Positions 35,394 to 49,138 are shown, counted from the stretch's first letter. The stretch: DNA of 64,000 bases from Dipteris shenzhenensis (GCA_047967505.1 CM106538.1), one strand, 5' to 3'. Numbers and translations are program-made. The notes: generated from the sequence alone by a model not told the origin.

Positions 35394-37853
35394 TCAGTAC
35401 TTCCATGCTTCTTGTTTCACTCTCATTGCCTCAATCTTCTTCTCATCTTCCAGCATGTGAGCATCTGCATAGATGTTAGACATCAAGACATAAACTGGAG
35501 CATCCTTTTCATCTAATCGCACTGCATGTTCAAAGGCTTGTCTTCCAAGCTCCACGTTACCCCACTTTCGACAAGCACCCAACACGGTATGCCACACCTC
35601 AAGATTAGGTTGGCAAGGCATCTTCTCCACCATAGCTACAGCCTCATTTAATCGGCCTGCACGCCCAAGGAGATCCACCATGCAAACATGGTGCTGGATA
35701 CTTGGAGTGATGCCATACTCTTTGCTCATGGCCTCAAAGTACTTCTGGCCCTTGTCCACAAGACCAGCATGATTGCAGACAGTAAGAATACTGAGGAATG
35801 TGACCCCATTGGGCTTTATACCTTCTCCTCTCATTCTCTCAAACATATGGAAAACAGTTTCAATTTCTCCTAACTGGGCATAGCCTGTAATTAATGCATT
35901 GCAAGAAACTACATCTTGAACTGGGAGCTGATCAAACACTTCACATGCTTTTGCTAGCAAGCCACATTTGGCATACATATCAACCAAGGTGTTGCCAACA
36001 TAAGGATCTCTTTCCATTTCCTGTCTGGATATCTCAGCATGCATTTCTTTGCCCTTGTCTATGGCTCCTACGCTGCCACAAGCTTTCAAACTGCAAAGAA
36101 ACGTGACAGCATCTGGAGAGACACCCTCCTGGTGCATCTGTTCAAAACAACTTAGTGCTTCCTCCCCAAGACCATACTCAGCATAACCTGTAATCAGAGC
36201 ATTCCACGAGACTACATCTCGAAGTGGAAGATTGTCAAACGTTTCTTGGGCTTTTGCAAGCAAGCCACATTTGGCATACATATCGACCAAGGTGTTGCCA
36301 ACGGAAGGGTCTCTCTCCAACTCCCGTTTGGCAATCTCAGCATGTATTTCTTGACCCTTGTCTACTGCTCCTATGCTACCACAAGCTTTTAAGCTGCAAA
36401 AAAAAGAGACAGCATCTGGAGATATACCCTCCCGTTGCATTTGGTCAAAACAATTCAACGCTTCCTTACCCAGCCCGTGTTCAATATATCCTGCCATTAA
36501 TGAATTCCAGGAGACTACATTTCGAACTGGAAGCTTGCCAAGCACATCCCGGGCTCTTGCAAGTGAGCCACATTTGGCATACATATCCACCAAAGTGTTG
36601 CCAAGAAAAATCTCTCTTTCCAGCCCCTTTCTGGTAATCTCAGCATGTATTTCCCGGCCCTTGTCTATGGCACCTATGCTGCCGCAAGCTTTCAAGCTGC
36701 AAATAAACGTAGCAGCATCTGGAGAGACACCTTCTGACTGCATCTGTTGGAAACAATTCAGTGCTTCCTGACCAAACCCCAGTTCAGCATATCCCGCAAT
36801 TAGTGCAGTCCACAGGACGACATCTCGAACTGGAAGCCTGTCAAACAATTCCTGTGCTTTTGTGAGCGAGCCACATTTGGCATACATATCAACCAAAGAA
36901 CCACATACAAAAGGATCTCTTTCCAATCCCTTTCTGGCAAGCTCTGCATGTATTTCACAGCCCTTGTCTATGGATCTTATGTTGCTACAAGCTTTCAAGC
37001 TGCAAACAAATGTGACAATATTTGGAGACACCCCCTCCACTTGCATTTGTTCGAAACAGTTCAGCGCTTCCTCACCGAGACCCTGTTCAGCATATCCTGC
37101 AATTAGTGCAGTCCATGAGACTACATCTCGCACTGAAAGCCTGTCAAACACTTCTTGTGCCTTTGCAAGTGAGCCACATTTGGCATACATATTGAGCAAA
37201 GTGCTGCCAACAAAAGGACCTGTTTCCAACCCGTTCCTGGCAATTTCAGTGTGTATTTGTCGGCCTCTTTCCACGTCTTTCAGCCGAGCACAAGCCTTCA
37301 GTACGGCCACAAACGTATACTTGCTAGGATGTACAAAATCCTCTTGCATTTTCTGGTAGAGGTTGAGGGCATGCTGTGACTCCCCACGTTCAATATAACC
37401 CATGATCAGTGAGGTCCAAGAATACTCATTTGGGTCGAGTAACCTGTTAAATACATGCAGGGCATCGCATATGCTTCCACATTCTACTAGTGTTACGACA
37501 AGGTAGCTCCCTAGAAATCTATGAGTTTCCAACCCGCTTTTGCACATGCAGGCATGCAAGTGCTTGGCATACGCTAGCTTTCTCTCTTTTCTGCACTTCT
37601 GCAAAAGTGGTATAAAATTCTCAACCGAAGGTAGCTGGGGCACCCGTTCCAAAGAAGTTCGTTCCTCAAAGCTCAGCATCTCCGAACCTGGCAGTCCTCG
37701 GACATGAGATGCGTTCACCTTTAGTCTAAACCTAAAGCTGGCCTTGCAATTGCCACCACTCTCCACTGAGCCACGGTCTTCAGAGTTTAACTGGGCCTGA
37801 ATAATGGATTCTCTGGCCCAGCTCATTCCGTCGCTTCTGGACTCCTTCTGCAT
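35394..37853 (-). CDS. PLS-class pentatricopeptide repeat protein, E subclass (putative organellar RNA-editing specificity factor)
   Basis: Uninterrupted 819-aa ORF with repeated LVDMYAKCG/DVVSW.ALI.GY/P..VTF...LKAC triplets, then P2-L2-S2, E1 (WHTVLGACRKWGN) and E2 (YVLMSNIYA). No DYW domain in frame. Confidence 0.95.
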   Translation of the reverse strand: MQKESRSDGMSWARESIIQAQLNSEDRGSVESGGNCKASFRFRLKVNASHVRGLPGSEMLSFEERTSLERVPQLPSVENFIPLLQKCRKERKLAYAKHLHACMCKSGLETHRFLGSYLVVTLVECGSICDALHVFNRLLDPNEYSWTSLIMGYIERGESQHALNLYQKMQEDFVHPSKYTFVAVLKACARLKDVERGRQIHTEIARNGLETGPFVGSTLLNMYAKCGSLAKAQEVFDRLSVRDVVSWTALIAGYAEQGLGEEALNCFEQMQVEGVSPNIVTFVCSLKACSNIRSIDKGCEIHAELARKGLERDPFVCGSLVDMYAKCGSLTKAQELFDRLPVRDVVLWTALIAGYAELGFGQEALNCFQQMQSEGVSPDAATFICSLKACGSIGAIDKGREIHAEITRKGLEREIFLGNTLVDMYAKCGSLARARDVLGKLPVRNVVSWNSLMAGYIEHGLGKEALNCFDQMQREGISPDAVSFFCSLKACGSIGAVDKGQEIHAEIAKRELERDPSVGNTLVDMYAKCGLLAKAQETFDNLPLRDVVSWNALITGYAEYGLGEEALSCFEQMHQEGVSPDAVTFLCSLKACGSVGAIDKGKEMHAEISRQEMERDPYVGNTLVDMYAKCGLLAKACEVFDQLPVQDVVSCNALITGYAQLGEIETVFHMFERMRGEGIKPNGVTFLSILTVCNHAGLVDKGQKYFEAMSKEYGITPSIQHHVCMVDLLGRAGRLNEAVAMVEKMPCQPNLEVWHTVLGACRKWGNVELGRQAFEHAVRLDEKDAPVYVLMSNIYADAHMLEDEKKIEAMRVKQEAWKY

Positions 37854-38399
37854 GTCTTTGCAACCTGGCAGCAGTCTAACAATAGCGACTGCTTGGCAAT
37901 GCTATGTGTAAATCTGTTAAACCGAATACAGGATTGTCAGACTAGCCAAATATACATTTCTACAGCTTTACCGGTTGCAAATGATTTTGCAGAACACTTA
38001 CAATGCTCTTTGGTTGTCCTACTGTGAGGGGTCCGTGGAATATTCATGCTATAAGTGCTCCGTCCTTAGATGGCAGGTACTGACTGAAATTCGAGGTCTG
38101 TCCTGCAGTACCTACACTCGAGCTTTCTAAGAAACTTCGAGTAGGGAGCTCCGGCACCGGTTTGAGGATCGTAAAACTCTGGTCCTGGCGGACAATCGCT
38201 CCACTGCCTCCCTGAGTCGCTTGCCATGGAGCCTCATGCGAAGCCTGGGAATGATTGTGAGTCACATACTCCATCTTTTTTTTGGCCTGGATTTTGTGAA
38301 AGCAGATATTGTGTCATTTTTATTGTGAGTTTTATTGGTTTTTTGTTGCCTGCCGCTTTGGTTGGAAATCTTACATTTTCCCACATTTGTATTGGTAGC

Positions 38400-39495
38400 A
38401 AGCAAACAACTTACTTGCAAAGAAGAGAATGATGAGGTGAATTCATACAAAGTATCTAAAGATGCTAAAAACTCTCTACCCTCACCATACAATGTTGCCA
38501 TTGCAAAAGCCATCATCCCATCAAAAGAGAATTTTATGGGGCGGGGGCAATTCAATGATCTCTTTAAGTATCACTCAATTATCCGATTGCGCACCTCATA
38601 GATTTGCTTTCAAGGGAAAATTACTTTGCAAGTATGGTACTTACCCAAAGTATCCCAATTTCTTGAAAGGAGACAGAGCTGCAGTAAGTTAATTTGACAA
38701 TCATTTGATATTTACTTCCTTGAGAACTATACAATTGCATTGTGTGCTCACTCAATTCATAATTTCTCTTCATTGCAGTTATCATTTGGGAATGAGAGAA
38801 CAGCCACTCTCACTCAACTTATTCAAGAGTTCTGATGAAGAATGTGTGGTTATGTACATCTTGAAGAATGTATCATTCTTGAAGGCAAAGGGGACCCTTT
38901 GTGTCTTTGACTTTACCATTTTAGCAAATGTTTCTGATGGGCCAACAAAGGATGATTTAAAGGCAGATTTTATGAGCCAAGTCTCACCATTGGGCTATGG
39001 AACGAAGATAATTGTATTAGAATACTCCGTTGATACTAATATATCACCACACATACTGACAACAACTACCTTTTGCAATTGCAGGTATTCAGTATTTTGC
39101 ACTTTAGAAATGTGAACGATGACTTCATCGACCACGTTTATGATGCTTGTGGAGGTGTTCATGTAAGCATGGACCCACTTTTCCCTTATTGCTATTCTTG
39201 CCAAAGCCCGCAAAGCATTGAGCAAGTTCCTTCTCTCACTAGCGACATTGTGCAACGTGGAGGTGAACAAGTGCCCGTCCACATCAGAGGGACATATGTT
39301 GACATTGTCCTTCGCTTACCTTTTCCCTTCCTCCAACTATACGAGGAAGACTTGATGATGGCTAGAAACAATCTTAACACTACTAAACCTAGTGGAAGCT
39401 TTACCATTAATAGCTTTGGGTTTGTTACTGCATTCGATGTGAATGCATTATGTACGTTGTATTTTTGTGAAATGTATGACATATTTTCTCTATGA
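38400..39495 (+). pseudogene. Possible Helitron accessory gene (RPA70-like OB fold with zinc ribbon), degenerate
   Basis: Broken ORFs with a candidate GT-AG intron at ~38684-38778. HVYDAC...YCYSCQ resembles the YxAC...CxxC ribbon of the RPA70 C-terminal domain. It lies upstream of RepHel in the same orientation. Confidence 0.35.
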
Positions 39496-42400
39496 TTGTA
39501 AGCTCCTTGCTACATGTTAAAATTCGAAAAGACTCCAAATGCTTTCACTTTCAATTCCATGAAATTAAAACTATTGGTGGATCAAATTCTTCTATAGAGT
39601 ATAAACATGGACATATGCCGACTTCTCCATTAAAAAGAATTAGTTTTTGAGAATTGTAAGACTATTCTTTTAAATCCAATGAACAAAAATGTTCTCATGT
39701 GCCTCCTCCATTTTTTCCCAACTCTTACATATGAACAACTACTTAAGACCATGTTTGACAACATTGCGAATGCATGGGAAACAAAAAACGCTCCATGGCA
39801 CATGTTCACTTCAATTCAGAAAGATTATTCCTTCACAATTGAAAGTGTCCAAAGTTGGTCTCTTAACTCACCAGCATCTCCTACATTAGTTGTGGACATT
39901 CTTCAATGCTTTCACTCAATGTTTGGATCATCTTTTGCTCTACTCATGTACGATGGAATTAAGCTTTCAAAGAAGCATACAATAGGGAAGCAAAAAGAAA
40001 GCAATATATGCACTTTGATAATAAATGAATCAAACAATATTTGCAGAATTACACCATTGATTCATTTGGATGCAAACCTTACTTACAATAAATGGTCTTT
40101 CGAAGACGATTTACTTCTAAAAGCACTTATCAAGCAAAATTCTTGCCTTCTTGCTAGAGAAATAGTTGCTTTATTCACAAGCAACTCTTCCTTGTTCGAA
40201 CACAAAACTCAAGCAATCATCAACAAAGTTTACAAGCTTCGCCCAATTGTTCTACAACCAATTTGCTCTCCTGCAATAACAACTCCAACAATACAAACTT
40301 CTACACTTCAAGTACAAGTTGTTGGGCAAAAGAGAAAAAGAAAACATGTTTCATATGAACAACAATACTTCACAAAAGTGTTGGACACTCCAACTTTTCC
40401 ATGTATATGTTGCGGTTCATTGAAATTTCGCAGCAAAATGAAGAAACTAAAGTCAAAATTGGCAATATTTCTCCAAGGCAATGAAATAGATGTAGCAACC
40501 ACACAATCATCAATTAAGATCTCATGTACACTTTGCCACAAAGATGTTAAGAATGAAAATATCCCTTTACTATCTTAAAAAAAAATGCAAATGGTTCAAA
40601 AACTAAATTCACAAGCAATCTATATGATATTGAAGCATGCTTAATATCAATCAGAATACCATTTGCTCAAATTCGAGAGCTAACATATGAAAGTCAATAT
40701 GGACTACATGGGAGCATTGTGAATGTATTTGCTGACGTTGATAGAGCACAACAAGTGCTGCCAAGGTTCTTAACTGACCATGATACAATTGGCGTAGCAC
40801 TCAAGTGTGATCTTTCATTCAAACATAATTACATCAGTGGTATTGTGCAGCCAACTTTTACTATGCTTGCATTGAAAGAGTTGTTGTCAACTCCCTTGTA
40901 TCAAGAAAACAACGTATGTATAAATCATCTTGGGAGAAACATGTACAAACCATACACGCAATAGACAAAGCACATGAAAATAATGAACAACACTTTGAAG
41001 AAACTATGGAAGAACAACTCCTCACCGATACTTTAGTTCATGGGATCTACACCAGTCAACAAGTTGTTGACTTTGAAGGTCAAACTATTGCAGTTGCACC
41101 CTCCGAAAGGATTTTCACCATTGGGCATTTTCAAAGGTAAATTTTGTGAAGAACTATCATTTCCCAAGCTTTTCTTTTGGAACCCACGAAAATACAACAT
41201 TCCAAATATCTCCTATCAAGACATCGCGAGGTGGGAGTTAACAAATGCGGACCGCCGCTTTGCTCTATGTATAGAGAACCTCTTCTTCAAAACAATGAAA
41301 ATTTTGGTAAGACAAGTTCTATCGTCATCTTGGGTTTGAATGAGAAAATCCCAAACAAAAGGAATAGCACTTCAAGCAAAGGATATCCTCTTATATACAA
41401 ACATTTAGAAGCTACTTCATTCAAGCATAGGGAATCAAGACTTCTCACACCTAAGAACTTTAGCTGACTACAAGCACTATCTATACAAAGCATTTTCTCA
41501 ATGTTGAGGCAACTAGGTCTCCCAACCTTCTTTGTCACGCTATTTGTAGCGGAAAAATATGGAAACCTTTGATCGAAGCAATTCAAAATTTGAATGGAAT
41601 CACCACAGACAAATGGCCGAAGACACAAGTGGAAATACGCCATCTTCTTCGTTCTGATCCTGTCATTTCAGCCCAATATTATGTGCATAGATTTCAAACC
41701 CTTAAAAAGCGTGTTAAGAAGAAACTATTCTAGGAAAGATAAATGATTTATACTTCTAACCGAGTTCCAAGATAGAGAGAGTCAACATGATGGCCTTCTA
41801 TGGATTGAAAATGCACCCACTTTTGGAATATCTTCGAATGACGACATTGAAGCTTTTGCTGTTGACAAATACATTTCAACAGACATCTCACAATTTCCTT
41901 GTGAGCAAAAAGACATCCAAGTACACAAGCATCGTAAAACGTGCTTCAAAAAAATAATAAATCTCAATTTGGTTACCCCTAACCACCCATGTCTTGCACA
42001 AAAGTCTTGCTTCTGTTGCAACATGACTCAAAAACCAATATTCTTAAAAACCAAATAAAAACCATTAATTCAACTTTGCTAAAGGAAGACACACAATCAT
42101 TAGACTACAATGGATACTTGGCCGCTATAAATCTAGTAGAAGAAGAATACATATTTGCTCTGTAAGCCACAACCAACACTTTTCTTGAAAAGACAACCCA
42201 AAGACATTTACACTAACAACTTCAATCCTAATTTGTCAAGGTTATGGGGTGCAAACACTAATGTGCAATTCATACTTAATACTCATGGTGATGCAGCTTA
42301 ATGTACATCTTACATGACAAAAGTAGACAAAGAAACCATTTTGCAATTAAAGAAGCTCTGTCACAAAGCATAAACTCGAATGCACCACCTAACGAACGTA

Positions 42401-43215
42401 TTAGAAGGCAATGCAATCTTTAATACTCAGTATATAAGTTCACAACAAGTAGTGTATCTAGCACTGTACTTGCCACTCTCTACTTCAACATGGAAATTCC
42501 AATACATTAACACAAATCCACCAGAGAAATGAACATTGTTGCCAAAATGCAGAGAGCAACTACAAAAACTAAACCCTCAAAGTAAAAACATTTTCTTTGA
42601 CGACATTATTACAAAGTATTTGCAACATCCAAATGATTTACACAATTTTTGTTTGGCCACTTTCGTTAGCAACTACACGATTAATGTGAACACAACCAAG
42701 AAAAGGAAAAAGGAAAAATCATACAGTTCAACAACTATAATCAGATAAAGGACCCTAAAAACTACAATAGGGAACTATGTCTTCTATTCCTCCCATATCA
42801 CCTCATCGAGCCAACTCTTGAAAACATAACTTCCACATGGCCCAATATGTACCACAACAACAAACATATCACAGATCTAAACAAAGCACAATTCAACAAA
42901 CTCATTCCAAAAATACCAACAAATTCATCAAATAGTTGCACTAACACCACATCATCAGCTGATCTTCACAAAAACACAAATGTAGAGGCATACGACATTG
43001 GAATTGACATGCCAAACCCTCCAAGAACAAGTCAATTTCTCAACAACTCTTTGTTGACATGTAAAATTGTGTCTAACAATGACTATTAAGTTAACTTTAG
43101 AAACCTGCACAATGACTAATTGTGGAAGACATAATGCCGGGGAAAAGAATTTATCCAACAAAAGCATTTCATCTTTCCTGGACAGGCAATGCAGGAAAAG
43201 GCAAAACATTCACAC

Positions 43216-46200
43216 TGTGGGGCTTAAAGGTCATTGTGTGCCCCGGTTATGTACAATACTCAAACACATATATAAATGAATGAAAAAGAAGATTAGGGTG
43301 GTTCTGCACCCACCAAAACTTGTGGCTCTCTGTCTCTCTCTCTCTCTCTCTCTCTTCTTCTTCCGTTCTTGCTTCCGTTGAGAGCACTCTCAACTAGTAT
43401 CAGAGCTCGGGTGATCTAGCTGAGCGTGCGTGAATGCTTGAAGCTCAGCAGCTCTATGGGAGGAAGGAGAAGCTCTGTGGGAAGCTTTGTGGGTGACTTT
43501 ACTTGCATCCGAGTGTGCAGAGACCTTGGAGGAACCTTTGAAAAAGTAACTTTGGTTTTGCGAAGTGGTTTTGAGAGCCTGTTAAGAGTTTTCAAAGAAA
43601 AAGTCGTTTTTTGAGCTTTTCTCTGTTCCGTTCGATGACAGAGACTCCATATTGACTTGTAGAGGCAACTATTGCTTGCTTTTGGTGTCCACTTCACTTC
43701 AGGAGCTTGGAAACCCCTTCATTCTTGAATCTGGAATCATTTCATTGGATTTCTGACTCACTGTGTCAGTTCCTGCGTTTTTTGCCCGGGTGTTGGAACT
43801 CAAGTTTGGAGCAACCATTTGCAGATCTGTCAGTTCCGGTGGACTCAGGAGGTCCTAAAACTTCTATGTTGCTCATCATTCGCACTCCGGTGGAGTTTAC
43901 AAATAGCTCTGTTTCCAAAAACGTTTTTCAGTCCGTGTGTTGGACCCAGTGATTGAGACCACGGTTTCCAAAACCGTCTGTCCCATTGCGTTCCGGACGC
44001 CCAAAAACCCCTACCTCTCAGTTCTTGCGCGATTCGGTGGAGGATTTTCAGAGTTATAGATCTCTGTGTATTCGATTTCGTCTCTCTGTTATGCATTTTT
44101 CATTCTAAGGTTTTGAAACCTTAGATTTATGCCACATGGCAGTGGATAAGTGTTGACTCCCATTTCTCACTCATCGGTTGGGATTTTGGAGTTTTGGCAG
44201 AAGAGAGATATTTGCAGATTTTCTTACTGAGTCCGATTATGCAATGGTGCCCATGTTTTGAGGCATTTCAGGTTCTATTTTCAGTAGCAGTCATTACCGT
44301 CGGACTATGATTTCTTGAGCATACCTTATGCAGATCACTCTAGTTGTAGTTTGAGCAGTGTGTGCGCTCATTTGTCGTATGCATTGGGTTGCAGTGGATG
44401 ATTTATAGGCCATTTAGATGCATTACGGTCCTTATTGGATGCGCTGATAGGCCCAAATTGCCTTGTGGGATGCTATTTTTATGGACGCTTTGCACATGGA
44501 TGCCATTTTATGCTAAGGGACAGCTTTGACACATTGCAGGTGATGCATTGATAGTGCTATGCTCTCTTGGATGAGATATTATTGATGCATATGCCAGTGG
44601 ATGGTGTTTATGCTTGAGTCATTTGGCACTTATTGGCATTTTCTTTTGGGCCAGGTTTGCTCATATGGATGCATAGTATATGCACATGAGTCAGATGCAT
44701 CTTTTGATGCTTTGAGCTTTGAGTTTTTGGTGATATTTCACTCTATTGTGGCATACACATTTGGGTGCACCTGGTATTTGGTGTGATTCTCTCTTGCAGG
44801 CACTAGCATTTGGGATTTTGTTTCATTTGCATCATGGCATCCTCTTCCATGTCTGAAAAGGAGTTTTTCAACATTAAAAAGTTTGATGGGACAAACTTTT
44901 CTTTGTGGAAAGAACAAATAAGGGATGTGCTTATTCAAAAGAAGCAAATTAAACCCTTGGCAGGGATTGAAGCTAAGCCTGCAAATATGTCTGAGGATGA
45001 TTGGAATGAGCTGGATGCATTGGCAAAGTCTACTATTAGACTTCATCTTGCAGAGTCAGTTTATTTCACAGTAGTAAATGAGCATACTACGGAAGATTTG
45101 TGGAAGAAACTGTGTGCCACTTATGAGAAGGAAATTGCCTCTAATAAAGTTTACCTCATGAAGAGGTTGTTTGAGCTGCAGATGAAGGAAGGGGTCTCCA
45201 TTGCTTCTCACTTGAATGAATTCAATATTATTTTCAGCCAGCTTCAGGCTCAAAAAATGAATTTTGATGCGGAGACTAAGGCAATATTTCTCTTATGTTC
45301 ATTGCCATCCTCATGGGATACCTTCTGTACAGCTGTCAGTAACTCTGCACCTGGTGGAGTACTGAAATTTGATGATGTTGTGGGCAGCTTGTTGGCCCAG
45401 GAGATTAGACGGAAGTCTATGGATGGCAACAAGCAGGATGCAGCCTTAAATGTGCAAAGGGGCAGATCACAGTTCAGGGGGAAGTCCCAAGAAAGAGGGA
45501 AGTCTCGTAGCAAATCCAGGGCACGGAACATTGAGTGTTACCATTGTGGCAAGAAGGGCCATATGAAAAAGGATTGCTACAAGCTAAAAAGAGAGCAAAA
45601 GGATAAGAAAAATAATGCAAATCGGGGTGCAAATCAAAAGGAAGAGAGTCCAAGGGAGGACAAAGGAAAAGTGAAGATCGAGGAGATCAATGCAGTCACA
45701 CATGATAGTGACAATGATGGTCTGTTCATGTCTAGTTTATCTGCAGAGTTGCTTATCACTTCAAATGATGCATATTCCCAGGATTGGATTTTGGATTCTG
45801 GTGCTTCATTCCATGTTACTCCCCATAGGGAATGGTTCTCCACTTATGACAGTGGAAAGACAGGTTGTGTGCATCTTGGAAATGACTATGCATGTGACAT
45901 AGTGGGAGCAGGTGACATAAAGTTTTCTTTTGCAAATGGGTCTACATTTGTTTTGAAACATGTGAGACATGTGCCTAAGCTGACCAAGAGTCTTATTTCA
46001 GTGGGTCAGCTAGATGATGCTGGTTTTCACACCACTTTTGGTTTTCAGAGTTGGAAAATTCAGAAGGGCTCTATGCTTTTGGCCAGGGGTGCCAAGTGTG
46101 GGACTTTGTATCCCTTACATGTATCAGGGGTATTTGATCATGTTGTTGCAATAACCGAGCAGCCAAGCACTTCTTTGTGGCATTGCAGGTTGGGGCACAT

Positions 46201-49138
46201 GAGCCAGAATGGAATGAAACTCTTATGCCGTTTGGGTTATGTACCGCATTTGAGTTTCTCTGATTTTGAATTTTGTGAGCATTGTCTCTATGGGAAGCAA
46301 ACTAAATCAGCCCATAAAAGAAGGGGAAAGAAAGAGTTTGAAATGCTTGATTTGGTGCATTCAGACGTATGTGGTCCCATGCCTACACGGTCATTAGGCG
46401 GGGCTGAATACTATGTGACATTCATTGATGATGCAACTAGGAAAGTGTGGGCTTATGCTATAGCTCGGAAGAGTGATGTGTTCCAGGTATTTCAGAAATG
46501 GCTGGCCTTGGTTGAGAATCAGTCAGGTAGAACGCTTAAATGCCTATGGATTGATAATGGTGGAGAGTATCTCTCTCATGACTTTCAGCATTTCTGTGAT
46601 ACACGTGGGATTAAGAGGGAGCTCACATCCCCTCGTACTCCAGAGCAAAATCCAGTTGCAGAAATAATGAACCGTACCATTCAAGAAAGGTTGCAATGCA
46701 TGCTTTCCAATGCAAGTCTTTCTGGTGGTTTTTGGGTTGAGGCAATGAAGACTGCAGTGCATGTGATCAATAGATCACCTAGTAAGAGTTTGGATGGTGG
46801 TATTCCTAAAGAGGCATGGAGTGGCAAGAAGCCCTCTTACTCTCATTTGCGTATATTTGGGTGTGAGGCATATGCACATGTGCCAAAAGAGCTTCGAAAG
46901 AAGCTAGATCCTAAGTCTAGGAAATGCATCTTTCTGGGTTATGGTGAAAGTGGAGAGATGGGCTATCGTCTCTGGGATCCAGAAGCAAAGAAGATCATAT
47001 GCAGCCATGATGTGGTCTTCAATGAGAAGAAGATGCATAAGGCACCCATGAGGGATGTGGAAATGAGGAGAATCACTTTTCAGGATGTGAATCCACCTGC
47101 ATATGTTGATAGACAGCAAGCTGTCCATGCACCAAATGTACAAGAAATGGTACCACCAAGTACTCCCACAGGTATACAATCAAGGGTAGATGATGGATCA
47201 TCTATTAGTGGAAATGATGAGCCAAATGTGGCTGATATGCAGGTGGGACAGCAAGCTGAAATGCCATTGAGAAGATCATCTAGAGTGTCTAGACCGCCTA
47301 ATAGGTTTGTTCCAGGGGTAGACTATGTGATGCTTACTGATTGCGCGGAGCCTTCTTGCTACAGAGAGGCTATGATGCGTGAGGATCAATGCAAGTGGGA
47401 GTATGCTATGCAATCAGAGATGAGTTCACTTATGAAGAATAAGACTTGGGACTTGGTTTCTTTGCCACATGGAAAGAAAGCATTGCCATGTAAATGGGTC
47501 TACAAAATGAAGGTCACAGGTGATGATGTGCCTAGGTACAAGGCCCGTTTGGTTGCTAAAGGGTTCAAGCAAGAGAAGGGTGTGGACTTTGATGAGATAT
47601 TATCTCCGGTTGTGAAGATGACCACACTTAGATGCATGCTTGGACTAGTGGTAGTAGAGGATATGGAGCTTATGCAAATGGATGTCAAGACAACTTTCTT
47701 GCATGGGGATTTGCATGAGGAAATTTACATGGTGCAGCCGGAAGGCTTTGAAGAAAAGGGCAAAGAGCATTTAGTTTGCAAGCTAAAGAAGAGTCTCTAT
47801 GGTCTTAAGCAAGCACCTAGAGAATGGTGTCAGAAGTTTGATGCTTTCATTCGGTCCCAGGGTTTTAGAAGGAGTGAAATTGATCACTGCCGAGTCTACA
47901 CTAAAAGGGCTAAGGATAATAGCCTGATAATCTTGGCACTATATGTGGATGATATGCTATTGGCTAGCAAGAATACTTATGAGCTAGATGCATTAAAGGC
48001 CAAGTTGCATGAGGCCTTTGATATGAAGGATTTGGGATTTGCACGTCATATTCTTGTATGCGCATCACGCGTGATCGGAGTAGGAAACTCCTTTGGCTTT
48101 CACAAAAAGAGTATGTTACAAAAGTATTGCAGCGTTTCAATATGGAGGGGGGGAAGGCAGTGAGTACTCCATTGCCTCCATATGTGAAACTGAGTCATAC
48201 AGATAGTCCCAAATCAGATGAGGAGAGGGCCATGATGGCCAAGGTTCCTTATGCATCAACGGTTGGGAGTCTTATGTATGCTATGATAGCTACTAGACCA
48301 AACGTTGCATTTGCAGTGGGAGTTGTTAGCCGGTATATGGCTAATCCAGGAAAGAGGCATTGGGAGGCAGTTAAGTGCATCATGAGGTACATGAAGGGTA
48401 CCAAGGAGATGTGCATCTGCTTTGGTAAAGGAGACATGCGTGTACTTGGGTACACAGATTCAGACTATGTAGGGCATGTGGATAGTAGGAGATCCACTTC
48501 TGGTTATGTGTTCACCTTTGCAGGTGGTGCAGTGTCGTGGATGTCTCGCGCACAGAAGTGCATTGCTTTGTCTACCACAGAGGCTGAGTATGTTGCAGCC
48601 ACAGAGGGTTGCAAGGAGGCTATATGGCTTGATCGGCTAGTGGGAGATTTGGGGATTCATACAGGTGTACCGACATTGCATAGTGATTCCATGAGTGCTA
48701 TCCAGCTAGCACGGAATCCGATCTTTCATGCAAAGACTAAACACATTGAGGTCAGGTACCATTTCATCAGGGAGGTACTTGAGGACAAGCACATAGAGCT
48801 TGTCAAGGTTCATACAGATGATAACCCTGCAGATATGCTGACGAAGAGTCTACCTAGTCAGCGGTTTGAGTATTGTCGTGTATTGATGGGCATTGGATAG
48901 TATGCTCACTGGTTGTTCTCCCTTAAAGGCACATTGTCCTTTAAGTGGGAGGTTGTGGGGGTTAAAGATCATTGTGCCTTTACCCCGGTTATGTACAATA
49001 CTCAAACACATATATAAATGAATGAAAAAGAAGATTAGGGTGGTTCTGCACCCACCAAAACTTGTGGCTCTCTGTCTCTCTGTCTCTCTGTCTCTCTCTC
49101 TCCTTCTTCCGTTCTTGCTTCCGTTGAGAGCACTCTCA
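43216..49138 (+). mobile_element. Full-length Ty1/Copia (Tork/Tnt1-like) element with TSD CACAC
   Basis: LTRs 43216-43392 and 48954-49138 (TG...CA). PBS TAGTATCAGAGC near 43395. PPT before 48954. CACAC at 43211-43215 and 49139-49143. Confidence 0.97.
44834..48900 (+). pseudogene. Copia gag-pol polyprotein with a single frameshift near 48056
   Basis: KFDGTNFSLWK, CYHCGKKGHMKKDC, WILDSGASFH, LVHSDVCGP, QMDVKTTFLHG, YVDDML, TDSDYV and HAKTKHI. ORFs 44810..48163 and 48058..48900 join if one G is restored in ATT CTT G(G)T ATG. Confidence 0.92.

Noticed and set aside
35688-37359. Plus-strand ORFs overlapping the PPR gene
   Set aside because: These are antisense shadows of the repetitive PPR coding sequence.
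48050-48065. Programmed frameshift in Copia pol
   Set aside because: It falls inside RT with no slippery site. A single lost G in a conserved ILGM motif indicates mutation or sequencing error.
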